A stretch of 64,000 nt of DNA from Thermodesulfobacteriota bacterium (lineage in GTDB: Bacteria; Desulfobacterota; Desulfobacteria; Desulfobacterales; C00003060). The translations under genes were made by a program, and so were the position numbers. Position 1 is the first letter of the stretch, and the number at the start of each line of letters is the position of its first letter. The stretch covers positions 1 to 64,000 of the forward strand of contig JAXHVD010000022.1 in assembly GCA_034189385.1 (NCBI GenBank), in the 5' to 3' direction. This document shows, piece by piece, positions 8,919 to 17,911 of this stretch. The notes below the pieces were generated by a model. It did not search any database, was not told the DNA's origin, and worked only from the letters and a program-made list of their open reading frames with translations.

Positions 8919-10291
8919 GGCCCAATCCTCTCTAGGCGAACGGCAAAGAACCCGTCCATGTTGTGTTGGTGCGGCACTGTTCTGAAGATGCCTGACCTAT
9001 CAACGACGTGCTCATTCATGTCAGGAAGCGTGCAAGGTGAACGACTTATAGCAAAATCACGGTGATTTTTCAAAAAGGCGTCTACCACGCTATCGCCTTC
9101 TTCTGGCTCAAGACTGCACACGCAGTAGACCAGCCATCCTCCTCTTCTTACCAGGGGCGCTAGGGCGGCCAACAAGCGGGACTGTTGGCGTTGAAGTCTC
9201 AACAGGTCTTCTTCCCTTTTTTTCCATTTTATATCTGGGTTTCTTCGAACCACTCCCAGACCCGAACAGGGGGCATCCAGCAAGATCCGGTCAAACGTGG
9301 CGGCAAGGTTGTTGGGCACCGGCAACGACAGGTCGTGGCGCCAAGTGGTCACCATAGAGATGCCAAGCCGTTTCATGGCTGTCCTCAGAGAGCCCAGTTT
9401 CCAGGCCTCTCGATCCATGGCCTGCAAGACGCCTGAATTCTTCATGAGTTGGGCCATGTGCCCTGTTTTACCTCCGAGGCCCGCGCAAGCGTCCAAGGTG
9501 GTCTCGCCCCCCTTGGGGTCGAGGAAATAGGTGATGAGTTGTGCGGCTTCATCTTGGACCTGAAACCAGCCCTTTTGAAAGGGCGACATCTCGTCGACGG
9601 GCTGTTTCAGACCCGTGAGGGCAAGGCCTTCGGGGGCAAATCTTGTTTCCCTTATCTTCCTAACATGGGCGATGAGAGACCGATGCAGTTTTTTTCGAGA
9701 AACCTTCAAGGTGTTTGCCCGAATGGTCACAGGAGGGATTTGATTGTTTGTCTTGCAGAGCCGTTTTGTCTCTTCCACGCCCAGGTGCCTGACCCACCGC
9801 TTGACCATCCAAAAAGGGTGCGATTCTCCTATGGCGATGGCGGCCACCGGATCATCCCGTTCATCGGGCAAGGGCACGTCCTGCGCCTTCCTCACGGCTG
9901 CTCGCAGCACTGCATTGACAAATCGAACGGTCCAGAGAGGGGCCTTGCCTTTGGCCAGTTCGACAGAATCGTTGACAGCCGCAAACACGGGAATGCGTGA
10001 AAGAAAGAGTATCTGATAGAGACCTAACCGGATAATGTTCAGGACCGGCGGATCGATTTTGTCAATAGGGGTGTTTGACAGGTCTTTAATCACCCAGTCG
10101 AGGCGGGCCTGCCATCGGAGGACCCCGAAGACCAGGTTGTTGGCCAAGGCACGGTCGGTTTGAGCCAGTCGGGGCCTCTTTTCGAAGGCTTGGGTGAGGA
10201 GGCTGTCCAAGGTAATGTGAGGGTCGTCAAGAGCATTCAAGACGCAAAGGGCTATCTGTCGCGCGATGGCGGCCATGACCTGGCTATCCAA
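8915..10291 (-). CDS. rsmB: 16S rRNA m5C967 methyltransferase
   Basis: NusB-like N-domain, QDEAAQ, DACAGLGGKT, DAPCSGLG; follows fmt. Confidence 0.95.
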   Translation of the reverse strand: MDSQVMAAIARQIALCVLNALDDPHITLDSLLTQAFEKRPRLAQTDRALANNLVFGVLRWQARLDWVIKDLSNTPIDKIDPPVLNIIRLGLYQILFLSRIPVFAAVNDSVELAKGKAPLWTVRFVNAVLRAAVRKAQDVPLPDERDDPVAAIAIGESHPFWMVKRWVRHLGVEETKRLCKTNNQIPPVTIRANTLKVSRKKLHRSLIAHVRKIRETRFAPEGLALTGLKQPVDEMSPFQKGWFQVQDEAAQLITYFLDPKGGETTLDACAGLGGKTGHMAQLMKNSGVLQAMDREAWKLGSLRTAMKRLGISMVTTWRHDLSLPVPNNLAATFDRILLDAPCSGLGVVRRNPDIKWKKREEDLLRLQRQQSRLLAALAPLVRRGGWLVYCVCSLEPEEGDSVVDAFLKNHRDFAISRSPCTLPDMNEHVVDRSGIFRTVPHQHNMDGFFAVRLERIGP

Positions 10292-11237
10292 GAACGGTGC
10301 CAGGTGGCACAGGACAGCCCCTCAAGAACGTCTCCATAGGGAGCCGTTTGCCGGATTCAAGCTGAACCTCTGTCAGGCTCAGCACCCCACGGCCCGTTGC
10401 CACATCCAGCTCCCCAGGGAATCCCTCCAAAACAGTGCCTGGTTTTTGGCGGGACCCCTTCTGGGATATCTTGCAGCGAAACACCTTGAGCCGTTTACCC
10501 ACGAAAGAAGTAAAAGCTCCAGGCCACGGATTCACCCCACGAATGTATGCATCCAAAGAGATCGCGTCCTTGGACCAGTCGATGCGTCCATTCTCTTTCT
10601 TGAGGAGAGGCGCATAGGTGGCCTCTGACTCCTCTTGAGGGGTACCCGAGATGGCCCCGGACGCTAACTGCTCCAATGTTTGGACAAGGAGTTTGGCACC
10701 GACCTCGGCCAGTCGGCCGTGGAGGCTTTCAGAGGTCTCCTCCGGACCGATCGATACCTTGGCGGTCATGAGCAGGTCTCCTGTATCCATGCCTTCATCC
10801 ATCCACATAGTGGTGACGCCCGTCTCTTGTTCCCCATTGATGATCGCCCACTGTATGGGGGCGGGCCCTCGGTATTTGGGAAGAAGAGAGGCATGGATAT
10901 TGATAGCACCCAAGCGGGGAATAGCAAGGACCGATCCAGGCAAGATATGACCATAGGCAACGACAACAAATAAGTCTGGGTCAAGGGCGATAATCTTTTC
11001 CAAAAAGGGCTGTTCTTTGATCTTTGCAGGTTGCAACAGGGGATAGCCGAGGCTCATAGCAGCTTGCTTGACAGCAGAGGCCTTCGTACGGCGGCCACGC
11101 CCTCTTGGACGGTCGGGCTTGGTCACGACGGCTAGGACGTCATAATGGCTGTCATGGAGCCCCTTAAGGGTTGGAACCGCAAATGCTGGGGTTCCCATAA
11201 ATACGATTCGATAAGGGCTCACAGTCACACTCCGCAA
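10284..11237 (-). CDS. fmt: Methionyl-tRNA formyltransferase
   Basis: FMGTPAFA, NIHASLLPKYRGPAPIQ, MDTGD; exact start uncertain. Confidence 0.97.
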   Translation of the reverse strand: MRSVTVSPYRIVFMGTPAFAVPTLKGLHDSHYDVLAVVTKPDRPRGRGRRTKASAVKQAAMSLGYPLLQPAKIKEQPFLEKIIALDPDLFVVVAYGHILPGSVLAIPRLGAINIHASLLPKYRGPAPIQWAIINGEQETGVTTMWMDEGMDTGDLLMTAKVSIGPEETSESLHGRLAEVGAKLLVQTLEQLASGAISGTPQEESEATYAPLLKKENGRIDWSKDAISLDAYIRGVNPWPGAFTSFVGKRLKVFRCKISQKGSRQKPGTVLEGFPGELDVATGRGVLSLTEVQLESGKRLPMETFLRGCPVPPGTVLG

Positions 11238-11440
11238 AGCGGCTCGGCGTCATCGGCCTCTGGCAGATCAACACCTATCAAAAATTTAAGATTATCCTTC
11301 ACCCCGGTCTTCACCGGGGTGAGGAGCTTTTACGATTGCATCAGTTTTAAAGCCCTCCAAAAACGCGGTGCGTCAGGAGGCATCAAACCCTGACACCAGT
11401 AAGATCCGCCTCATGTCTCTTCCCAAAACCCTTAGGCCTG

Positions 11441-12466
11441 CTAGAAGATGTCAATGCGAACAGGCACTTCCAGGAACTCCAGGCCTTTTTGGTTCGTATA
11501 GATCTTCAGGGTATCCATGTTTACCCCCTTCTTAAGCTTTTCGGCGATGGGTTCAACGAATACCCGCACTGTGCGGCCGGGAGTCAGTACCGTAACAACG
11601 GCCTTAAAGAGCGATTTTTCCAATTCCGCCTTATTGATTTTCAAATCATTGCCCTTGTTTAGAACAATCGTCACGGGACGCCTGGCAAACCTATCGCCGG
11701 TCTTTGCCTGCGCCACCCGCTCCTGTGACAGGCGGCCAAAACTCACTGTTCTTGGCCGTGCTTCCACAGTGGCCCTGACGTTGCCTGATATCCGGATCAC
11801 GATCTGGGGCTTTTCCGGATAGTTGGTGCTCAACGTGATCTGGCCGCCGTAAGTTGTTTCTTCTTTGACCTTGTTTTTAACCGTCAGTTTGTAGGTGCGT
11901 CCCTTGTCCGTCTCCTCCAACTCTGCCGTCACCTTGTCCGGAACAGAGACAGACTCCAGTTTGACCGTCAATGGCTCCTTTTTCTTCGCCTGCACATGAA
12001 CAACCTGTTTGATCTCATCACCCACGATCCCCCTTAGCTGCACGTATCGCGGTTTGAGATCGATCGGGGCCCAAATGTTGCCTTGCATACTGATGGTCAT
12101 CTGGGGATTCTTGGGGTCATTGGTCATCACCCGGGCCGACTTGTTCATCCTGCCTTGATAACCCTTTGTGCGCAACTCTAACGTAATCTTCCCCTCACCT
12201 CCGGGGGGGATGGTCCGGTCAAACCGGGCCACACTGCAGCCTCAACCCGGTTTGACGCTCTTGATCTCCAGGGGAGCATCGCCGCGGTTAAAGACCCGGA
12301 AGTCGTGTTTTACCACCTCGCCTTGGGAGACCTGAGAAAAGTCATAGGTGGGTTTTTCTATCTCCACGGCCGGTACGGCCTTTTGTTCCTCTGCTGCTTG
12401 TGTGAACCCGGCCACAACCATGAGCGCCAGCCATCCCAAGAGCATACCTCTAACGAACCGCATCAT
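11441..12466 (-). CDS. DUF1573 domain exported protein, probable selenoprotein (UGA at 12242-12244 read as Sec; 341 aa)
   Basis: ORFs 12242-12466 and 11441-12232 are in frame: EIKSVKPG-UGA-GCSVARFD, matching the family xCGC motif; signal peptide; SECIS-like hairpin. Confidence 0.85.
12211..12231 (-). promoter_or_regulatory. Bacterial SECIS-like hairpin
   Basis: UGGCCCGGU-UUG-ACCGGACCA starting 10 nt after the UGA, with G in the apical loop. Confidence 0.7.
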
Positions 12467-12650
12467 CTTCTTCCTCCTTCACTGAACTGGTTGAGTCTGT
12501 GATCAACAGGGCTGTGTCGTCGGAGAGCATTTCTTGGTCTCCTACCACAAATTCTTGCTGTTTCGGCAACGGCCTGTCAACAATAATAATGCCTTTTGGC
12601 GATACTTCAACCATGCTGACAGACCAAAACCGGTCTCATGTGTATTCCCT

Positions 12651-12790
12651 GAGCCCCTTTTTACACCCCTTCTCACTTCAGGCTGTGAGCTTTTTGATCC
12701 GCCAAGGCGGACCGCTCATCCCGACGGAGTCTGGAATGGGTGCCCCAAAAAGCCCAAAATGAATGTTCGAAAGAGAGACACAACAGCCTC
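12651..12790. repeat. Degenerate copy of the small element at 30200-30332 (inverted)
   Basis: 12688-12754 matches the reverse complement of 30236-30295 (AGCTTTTTGATCCGC..GGCGGACC...GGAATGGGT.CCCCAAAAAGCC). Confidence 0.7.
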
Positions 12791-12814
12791 TTCGTGCCAC
12801 CATGGCCTGTGCCC

Positions 12815-13516
12815 CTACGTGTTCACCCTATCCAGATGGCCATCTGCTTCAAGGCGATGCCGGTTCACGGCGAGGTGGGCCTGACGCACGGGTTCCGGCA
12901 GTCTATATCCCCTGGAGCAATCAAGGATTAAGCTGATGGCTTCTGCCAGGGTAATGGCATGGCCGGAAGAGACAAAAACCGGTTTTATCCCTGCGCGAGT
13001 CCTCACTACGGCCCCCACCATCCGTCCCTGGTAGTTTAAGGGGGCTGTGCTTCCTTTTGCCTGGCCTGGTGGCCGGTGAGAGCCTACCAGGCGTGTCTTG
13101 GCACAGCCGATGGTCGGACAGTCAAGAATTAAACCCATATGGGATGCCAGGCCCATGCCCCTGGGATGGGCGATCCCCTGGCCGTCAAAGATAATCACGT
13201 CGGGCGTTGTGGCGAGTTTGCTGAAGGCCCTTTCCAATACAGGGGCCTCGCGAAAAGAGAGCAGACCGGCCACATAGGGAAATGACGTGGTATCTGAGGC
13301 CAAGGCCCTATCCGTTAGCACAAGATCTGGAAAGGCGAAGACAAGAACCGCTCCATAAACGTCACGACCCCGGGGGTGATAGGAGACATCAGCACCGGCT
13401 ACGGTGCGAATCGGCCTCGACAGGGGTTTCTCGCAAATTTGGCGGGAAAGGCGCTCTTGAACGGCCAGGGCTTCCCTATACTGCAAGTTCCAGGGGTGCA
13501 GTGTGCGGATTTTCAT
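12815..13516 (-). CDS. nfi: Endonuclease V
   Basis: VAGADVSY, FPYVAGLLSFRE, FDGQGIAHPR, RLPEP; ATG overlaps NUDIX stop (ATGA). Confidence 0.95.
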   Translation of the reverse strand: MKIRTLHPWNLQYREALAVQERLSRQICEKPLSRPIRTVAGADVSYHPRGRDVYGAVLVFAFPDLVLTDRALASDTTSFPYVAGLLSFREAPVLERAFSKLATTPDVIIFDGQGIAHPRGMGLASHMGLILDCPTIGCAKTRLVGSHRPPGQAKGSTAPLNYQGRMVGAVVRTRAGIKPVFVSSGHAITLAEAISLILDCSRGYRLPEPVRQAHLAVNRHRLEADGHLDRVNT

Positions 13517-14079
13517 AGATATTGAGCGGCCATCAACATGTACCACAGACCGGCAGCTATCAAATCCCCCCTTGAGGATGCTTGCTCAAAGAAGGAGGCC
13601 AGTTTGTCCTTTCTGACACGATGGACCTCAATCTTCTCAGATGGCTCCAATTCCTGTGGTTGTGGGGTGGCATCTTCTTCCAGTTCCACCACCACGCAGT
13701 ATCCAGTCTCTCTGACCAAGGCACTGTTTAACGTAAGCCCTGGAGATATATGAACGATTTTTCCTGTGTAACCGGTCTCCTCCTGGAGCTCTCGAAGGGC
13801 GCATGCCTCCACGGTGTCATCATCTAGGACCCCTGCAGGAAAAGCAATCACGTACCTGTCAAAGACTACCCGATATTGTCTGATGAAAAGGAGGTCACCA
13901 GATTCCTTGAACCGGGCCATGATGAGGACCGACGTGCGGGTATGGGTACGCTCAATGTAATCCCATTGAAGGATGTCTCCTGCATCGTTTTTGTAGATCA
14001 CCCTTTTGGGTTGGATCCATTGACTTTCCGAACAGTTAACCGTCTTTAAGATATTCACGGCAAGCCTCGTCTGTTTCAT
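13513..14079 (-). CDS. NUDIX hydrolase (ADP-ribose pyrophosphatase-like)
   Basis: RQYR, FPAG...ALRELQEETGY Nudix box. Confidence 0.9.
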   Translation of the reverse strand: MKQTRLAVNILKTVNCSESQWIQPKRVIYKNDAGDILQWDYIERTHTRTSVLIMARFKESGDLLFIRQYRVVFDRYVIAFPAGVLDDDTVEACALRELQEETGYTGKIVHISPGLTLNSALVRETGYCVVVELEEDATPQPQELEPSEKIEVHRVRKDKLASFFEQASSRGDLIAAGLWYMLMAAQYL

Positions 14080-15202
14080 TGGTATATGGTGCCTTGGTCC
14101 CAGGATTCTCCTGCAAGCACCCACCTTCAACTTCCACCTCCACAGCCGTTCGCACCATCGTCATTCCAATGATAGTCAATGAAACCAGTCCCAAAACGAT
14201 GGCCGGGACCATCTGAAAGACATGATTAGCCAAGGTGAACCCAGCCGCTTCACCTGCCGGGATACCGAAGATAAGAAGCCCGAACACGCCCCCTGCTTCC
14301 CAGAGGCCCCAGAAACCGGGGGCAGAGGGAAGCGAAATAAAGAAGCAGAGGATAACCATGACTGCATACATTTGAAAAAAAGAGAGCTGAATGCCAGGAC
14401 AACCAAAGGCCATGACGTAATGAGAAGCCCCGGCCGCGGCCCACACAAGGACGGAAAGAACCAGGCAAAGCCCAAGCTTTTTGGGACTTTTAAGAAGTTC
14501 AAACCCTGCGGCTAGGTTGTCGATAATCCGAACAACAGGGGTACAAAGCCTCTCTCTCATCACTTGGCGGAGGGATGGGCTAAAAAAGAAAAGGAGGTTC
14601 GGCAGGTTCAGCACCACCCGCGTCATGGCCGTCCGGGTCTTTCTGAAACTCACTAGGGCGATGGCCAACACAAGTCCGATAAGCAACTTAAGGGTCGTCA
14701 TGCCACTCATCTGAAGAGTGGCTTTGTCCAGATGATAGCCGGCGAAGGTCAAATGAAGGCTTGAGCTGATTTCAACAGTGGCAAAGACGATGACAAAAGA
14801 GACGATCAGTATAATGACGTCTAGGGCCCTTTCAACGCCGACCGTGGCCAGCACCTTGGTGAAGGAGACGTTTTCTCTCTTGGAGAGGACCGCCGGTCTG
14901 ACCAGCTCTCCTAGCCTGGCCGGCAAGAGGCAATTGGCCATGAAGCCTATCATGGTGGCATGGTATGCACTGGGAAAGGCGGTCCTTCGGACCGGAGCCA
15001 GGAGGAGCTGCCACCTCACGACCCTGATCGCGAAACTCATGATGGCAAGAGACATTGAAGGGATCGCCCACCAGTAGTTCACCCTCTTCAGATAGTCTAC
15101 AAGTTCGCCAAGGGGGATATTCTTAAAGGTAAAATAAAGGGCAAAAAGAGACAGCAACAGCCCTGCCAAGAGAGACAGACAGCTTTTCTTGTTCCAAAAC
15201 AT
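14036..15202 (-). CDS. Lysylphosphatidylglycerol synthase TM / flippase-like (UPF0104) membrane protein
   Basis: RWQLLL, NCLLPARLGELVR, VERALD, PSAPG.GLWE; multi-TM. Confidence 0.88.
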   Translation of the reverse strand: MFWNKKSCLSLLAGLLLSLFALYFTFKNIPLGELVDYLKRVNYWWAIPSMSLAIMSFAIRVVRWQLLLAPVRRTAFPSAYHATMIGFMANCLLPARLGELVRPAVLSKRENVSFTKVLATVGVERALDVIILIVSFVIVFATVEISSSLHLTFAGYHLDKATLQMSGMTTLKLLIGLVLAIALVSFRKTRTAMTRVVLNLPNLLFFFSPSLRQVMRERLCTPVVRIIDNLAAGFELLKSPKKLGLCLVLSVLVWAAAGASHYVMAFGCPGIQLSFFQMYAVMVILCFFISLPSAPGFWGLWEAGGVFGLLIFGIPAGEAAGFTLANHVFQMVPAIVLGLVSLTIIGMTMVRTAVEVEVEGGCLQENPGTKAPYTNETDEACREYLKDG

Positions 15203-15272
15203 GCTCTGGCAGGGCCCCTTGTGTGATGTGGATAGCTCAATGCGCAGGGAAACTCAGGCCAGACAGTGTCCC

Positions 15273-16205
15273 TCATGGCCTCGATAGAATCTCTCTGGCT
15301 TGGGTAATATCTTTGTTGATTTGGGTGGCAAGGGCCTCTGGCCCCGAGAATCTCTTTTCTCCTCGTAGCCGATGGATGAAGTTGACGCGGATCGGTTGAT
15401 CGTAAATGTCCTGGTCAAAATCAAGGATGTGGACCTCTATGCTGAACTCCCCATTATCAAAGGTTGGGCTGTACCCGATGTTGGCCACACCCTCGTAAGT
15501 CTTGTCTTCAACCTCCACCGTCACTGTGTACACGCCACCTTTGGGGCAGAGCTCATCCGTGAGCCTGAGATTGGCCGTGGGAAATCCCAGCAATCTTCCC
15601 CCTCGATCCCGGCCCCGTATCACCGTGCCTCGAACCTGATAATAGCGGCCCAGTAGTTGCCTGGCTTCCACCATCTGTCCTTCCGCTACCAAGTTTCGAA
15701 CCTCCGTGCTGCTGATGCGTCGAGGCCCGGCTTCAACCCATCCAGAGACAATCACTTCAAACCCATAGGTCCTGCCCATGTCCTTGAGCAATGCGATGTT
15801 TCCCTCCCGCTTCTTGCCAAAGGAGTAGTCCTGCCCTACCACCACACCTTTCATGCCAATCACATCGCAGAGGATGTCTTTGACAAATGCGCGGGCCGGG
15901 GTCGCAGCAAAGGCACGGGTAAAGGGGACACATATCAATGTGTCTATACCTGTGGCGGCAATCAACTCTACCTTCTGCTCATAAAGGGTGATGAGACGGA
16001 AGTGTTTGCCACAGTTAAGGACCCGGATGGGATGGGGCTCAAAGGTCATGACTACAGAGGTGCCATTGATGCTGCGTGCCTTTTCCATGACCTGACGGAA
16101 AAGGGCTTGATGTCCAAGGTGGACGCCGTCAAAATTGCCTATGGTGAGGACGGCGTTGTTAAGTGGCGCCGTAATTTCTGCTACATCAGTGATAAGTTCC
16201 ATCAT
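15273..16205 (-). CDS. ribF: Bifunctional riboflavin kinase / FAD synthetase
   Basis: GNFDGVHLGHQ, TFEPHP, ISSTEVR, GFPTAN, EVHILDF. Confidence 0.97.
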   Translation of the reverse strand: MMELITDVAEITAPLNNAVLTIGNFDGVHLGHQALFRQVMEKARSINGTSVVMTFEPHPIRVLNCGKHFRLITLYEQKVELIAATGIDTLICVPFTRAFAATPARAFVKDILCDVIGMKGVVVGQDYSFGKKREGNIALLKDMGRTYGFEVIVSGWVEAGPRRISSTEVRNLVAEGQMVEARQLLGRYYQVRGTVIRGRDRGGRLLGFPTANLRLTDELCPKGGVYTVTVEVEDKTYEGVANIGYSPTFDNGEFSIEVHILDFDQDIYDQPIRVNFIHRLRGEKRFSGPEALATQINKDITQAREILSRP

Positions 16206-16224
16206 GATCGTTCCATTATGTCCC

Positions 16225-16253
16225 TTGACAATGAAGTCAAATCCCTATATATA
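16225..16253 (+). promoter_or_regulatory. Sigma70-type promoter for tRNA-Leu
   Basis: TTGACA-17 nt-TATATA. Confidence 0.6.
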
Positions 16254-16296
16254 AAGCATTTCATACATAAAATCAATAATTTTCTTCCTTATAGGT

Positions 16297-16383
16297 GCCG
16301 AAGTGGCGGAACTGGTAGACGCGCTAGGTTCAGGGTCTAGTGGATGAATGTCCGTGCGAGTTCGAGTCTCGCCTTCGGCACCA
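16297..16383 (+). tRNA. tRNA-Leu(CAG)
   Basis: 87-nt cloverleaf GCCGAAG...CTTCGGC ACCA, loop TTCAGGG, long variable arm. Confidence 0.97.
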
Positions 16384-16394
16384 GCAATAAAAAC

Positions 16395-16427
16395 AAGGGG
16401 TTACGTGTATTCACGTAGCCCCTTTTT
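16395..16427 (+). terminator. Intrinsic terminator after tRNA-Leu, supplied by the island
   Basis: AAGGGGTTACGTG-tatt-CACGTAGCCCCTTTTT. Confidence 0.75.
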
Positions 16428-16536
16428 CGTAGACGCAATTCTTGCTGGCTACAAAATGGCTAAAGTTTGTAAGTCAGATTAGATATATTTTATTTGATAT
16501 CGGGTGGTTGAGAGTTGTTACAGGTTAAAGAAAAGT

Positions 16537-16944
16537 TCAGTTTTTTAGCTCTGTTGGATTTTCGTATGTATTACCTATTATTTTAAATGTGTCTGCTGCT
16601 TTTACTTCTTTTATATGTCCGAAAAATGGTATTTTTTCTTTTCTTCCAATTACATCAACATAAAAAGCTCCATCTTTATACTTTATTATTCCTTTGAAAT
16701 AATCTGTTCCCCAAGAAAAGCCATTACTATATCCATAATTAATAATATCTTCCTCATATATTTCTTTTCCATTCTTATCTTTAAGACCTGTGTATTGCAT
16801 TAAGATAAGATTTAAATCATTTGCCATATCAAAAAACTCATTCAGGCTTTTTGTTATTCTTACAGAGCCCTTAATACCTATTCTATCGCCACTGGTCATT
16901 TTCTTTTTTTCTTTATCCCAAGCTCTAAATCTAAATTCTCTCAT
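16537..16944 (-). CDS. YopX family phage protein
   Basis: MREFRFRAWD, LMQYTGLKDKNGKEIYEEDI, IIGNTYENP. Confidence 0.93.
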   Translation of the reverse strand: MREFRFRAWDKEKKKMTSGDRIGIKGSVRITKSLNEFFDMANDLNLILMQYTGLKDKNGKEIYEEDIINYGYSNGFSWGTDYFKGIIKYKDGAFYVDVIGRKEKIPFFGHIKEVKAADTFKIIGNTYENPTELKN

Positions 16945-17073
16945 AAGTTTTTGAACAAAAAAGGCGGAACTTAGCAAAGGGAGTAACCACTAACCTTCAC
17001 CGAGTTTCCGCCGTTTCTGTTGGTTACTAATTAAAAATAGTTTTAAAAACGTGTATATAAGGACACACAATAC

Positions 17074-17101
17074 ATTATAACATACTGAAATAATTTGTCA
17101 A
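17074..17101 (-). promoter_or_regulatory. Consensus sigma70 promoter driving the YopX leader
   Basis: Minus strand TTGACA-16 nt-TATAAT with extended -10 TG. Confidence 0.75.
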
Positions 17102-17170
17102 TGTGCATAAAACCTCTTATTTTTTAAGCAAAATCCTTCAAAAAAACTTCCTCATGGCCTATTTTTTCTC

Positions 17171-17199
17171 TTGCAATACACCATATGTAGTAGTATAAG
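17171..17199 (+). promoter_or_regulatory. Sigma70 promoter for the island tRNA
   Basis: TTGCAA-17 nt-TATAAG. Confidence 0.6.
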
Positions 17200-17251
17200 A
17201 GGCAAAATAAAAAAGGAGACCCAATATAGGGGGGTCTCCTCTGTTCTAGGT

Positions 17252-17329
17252 GCCCTCGTAGCTTAAAGGATTAAAGCAACGATCTCCCGAATCGTTAGAA
17301 TCCGAGTTCGAATCTCGGCGGGGGCACCA
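17252..17329 (+). tRNA. Island-borne tRNA with CCC anticodon (nominally Gly) on an Arg-like body
   Basis: Complete cloverleaf GCCCTCG/CGGGGGC, D GCTT/AAGC, AC stem ACGAT/ATCGT, loop CTCCCGA, T CCGAG-TTCGAAT-CTCGG, ACCA end. Confidence 0.88.
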
Positions 17330-17543
17330 TCTGTAACTGTAAGTTCATTCTCTGCAAAAACTTGACTATTTGTCAACTACTTTTTTGAAAAGTTTAAAAA
17401 CTTCTCGCTAAAGAATGGCTACAAAAAACTTTCCTAACCCTTCCTTTTTAGGGTGTTCCCTTCCTAAATCTTCCTATAACTTTTTTAAGGTAATTTAGTT
17501 AGTTAGGTAATATTAGGCGGTTAGAAAAATAGGTGAGAAAACT

Positions 17544-17598
17544 TTCAGGGTCTAGTGGGTGTACGCCCGTGCGAGTTCGAGTCTCGCCTTCGGCACCA
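17544..17598 (+). repeat. att site: displaced original 3' portion of tRNA-Leu
   Basis: Starts at the anticodon loop TTCAGGG; identical to 16329-16383 except in the variable arm. Confidence 0.92.
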
Positions 17599-17911
17599 CG
17601 CCTATCAAGGCCCTCAGGCCGCACTAGCAGTGTGAGTGTCTCTCCGCCAGCCCAGTGGCTGTTGGAAAACCAATTAGGGTTCTATTAAGCACCGCCAAGG
17701 AGTCTGTCAACCCGGCCCCCGGGAGGGAGCAAATCCGAGAAGGGGCAAAGACTTGACAAACCCTTTGCTATCACATACCCAGTCACCAGGATCTGGTTCG
17801 CCGAGGAGCGGTGGGCTTCAGATGCAACCTCTCATGGGATGAGATACAGATGCTGCGTCTCCGGGCCTTTGACCGGCCATCAGCGCATTGTTTAGAATGC
17901 AAGGGGGAAAA

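Larger units (their letters stand above)
16329..17598. mobile_element. Integrase-less mini genomic island in tRNA-Leu
   Basis: 55-bp direct repeats 16329-16383 and 17544-17598; strongly AT-rich interior; TGGCTACAAAA motifs near both ends. Confidence 0.9.

Noticed and set aside
11238..11440. def gene or riboswitch upstream of fmt
   Set aside because: No deformylase motifs; only one hairpin (about 11300-11322) and no recognisable aptamer
12242..12466. Independent 74-aa gene, or a nonsense pseudogene
   Set aside because: The in-frame UGA sits at a conserved Cys position with a SECIS-like hairpin; readthrough is the better explanation
8250..16340. Long plus-strand ORFs (8250-9065, 9449-10000, 15657-16340)
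   Set aside because: Antisense shadows of well-supported minus-strand genes, with no motifs of their own
17521..17598. Second intact tRNA-Leu
   Set aside because: The 5' acceptor strand and D arm are missing; it is the att duplicate
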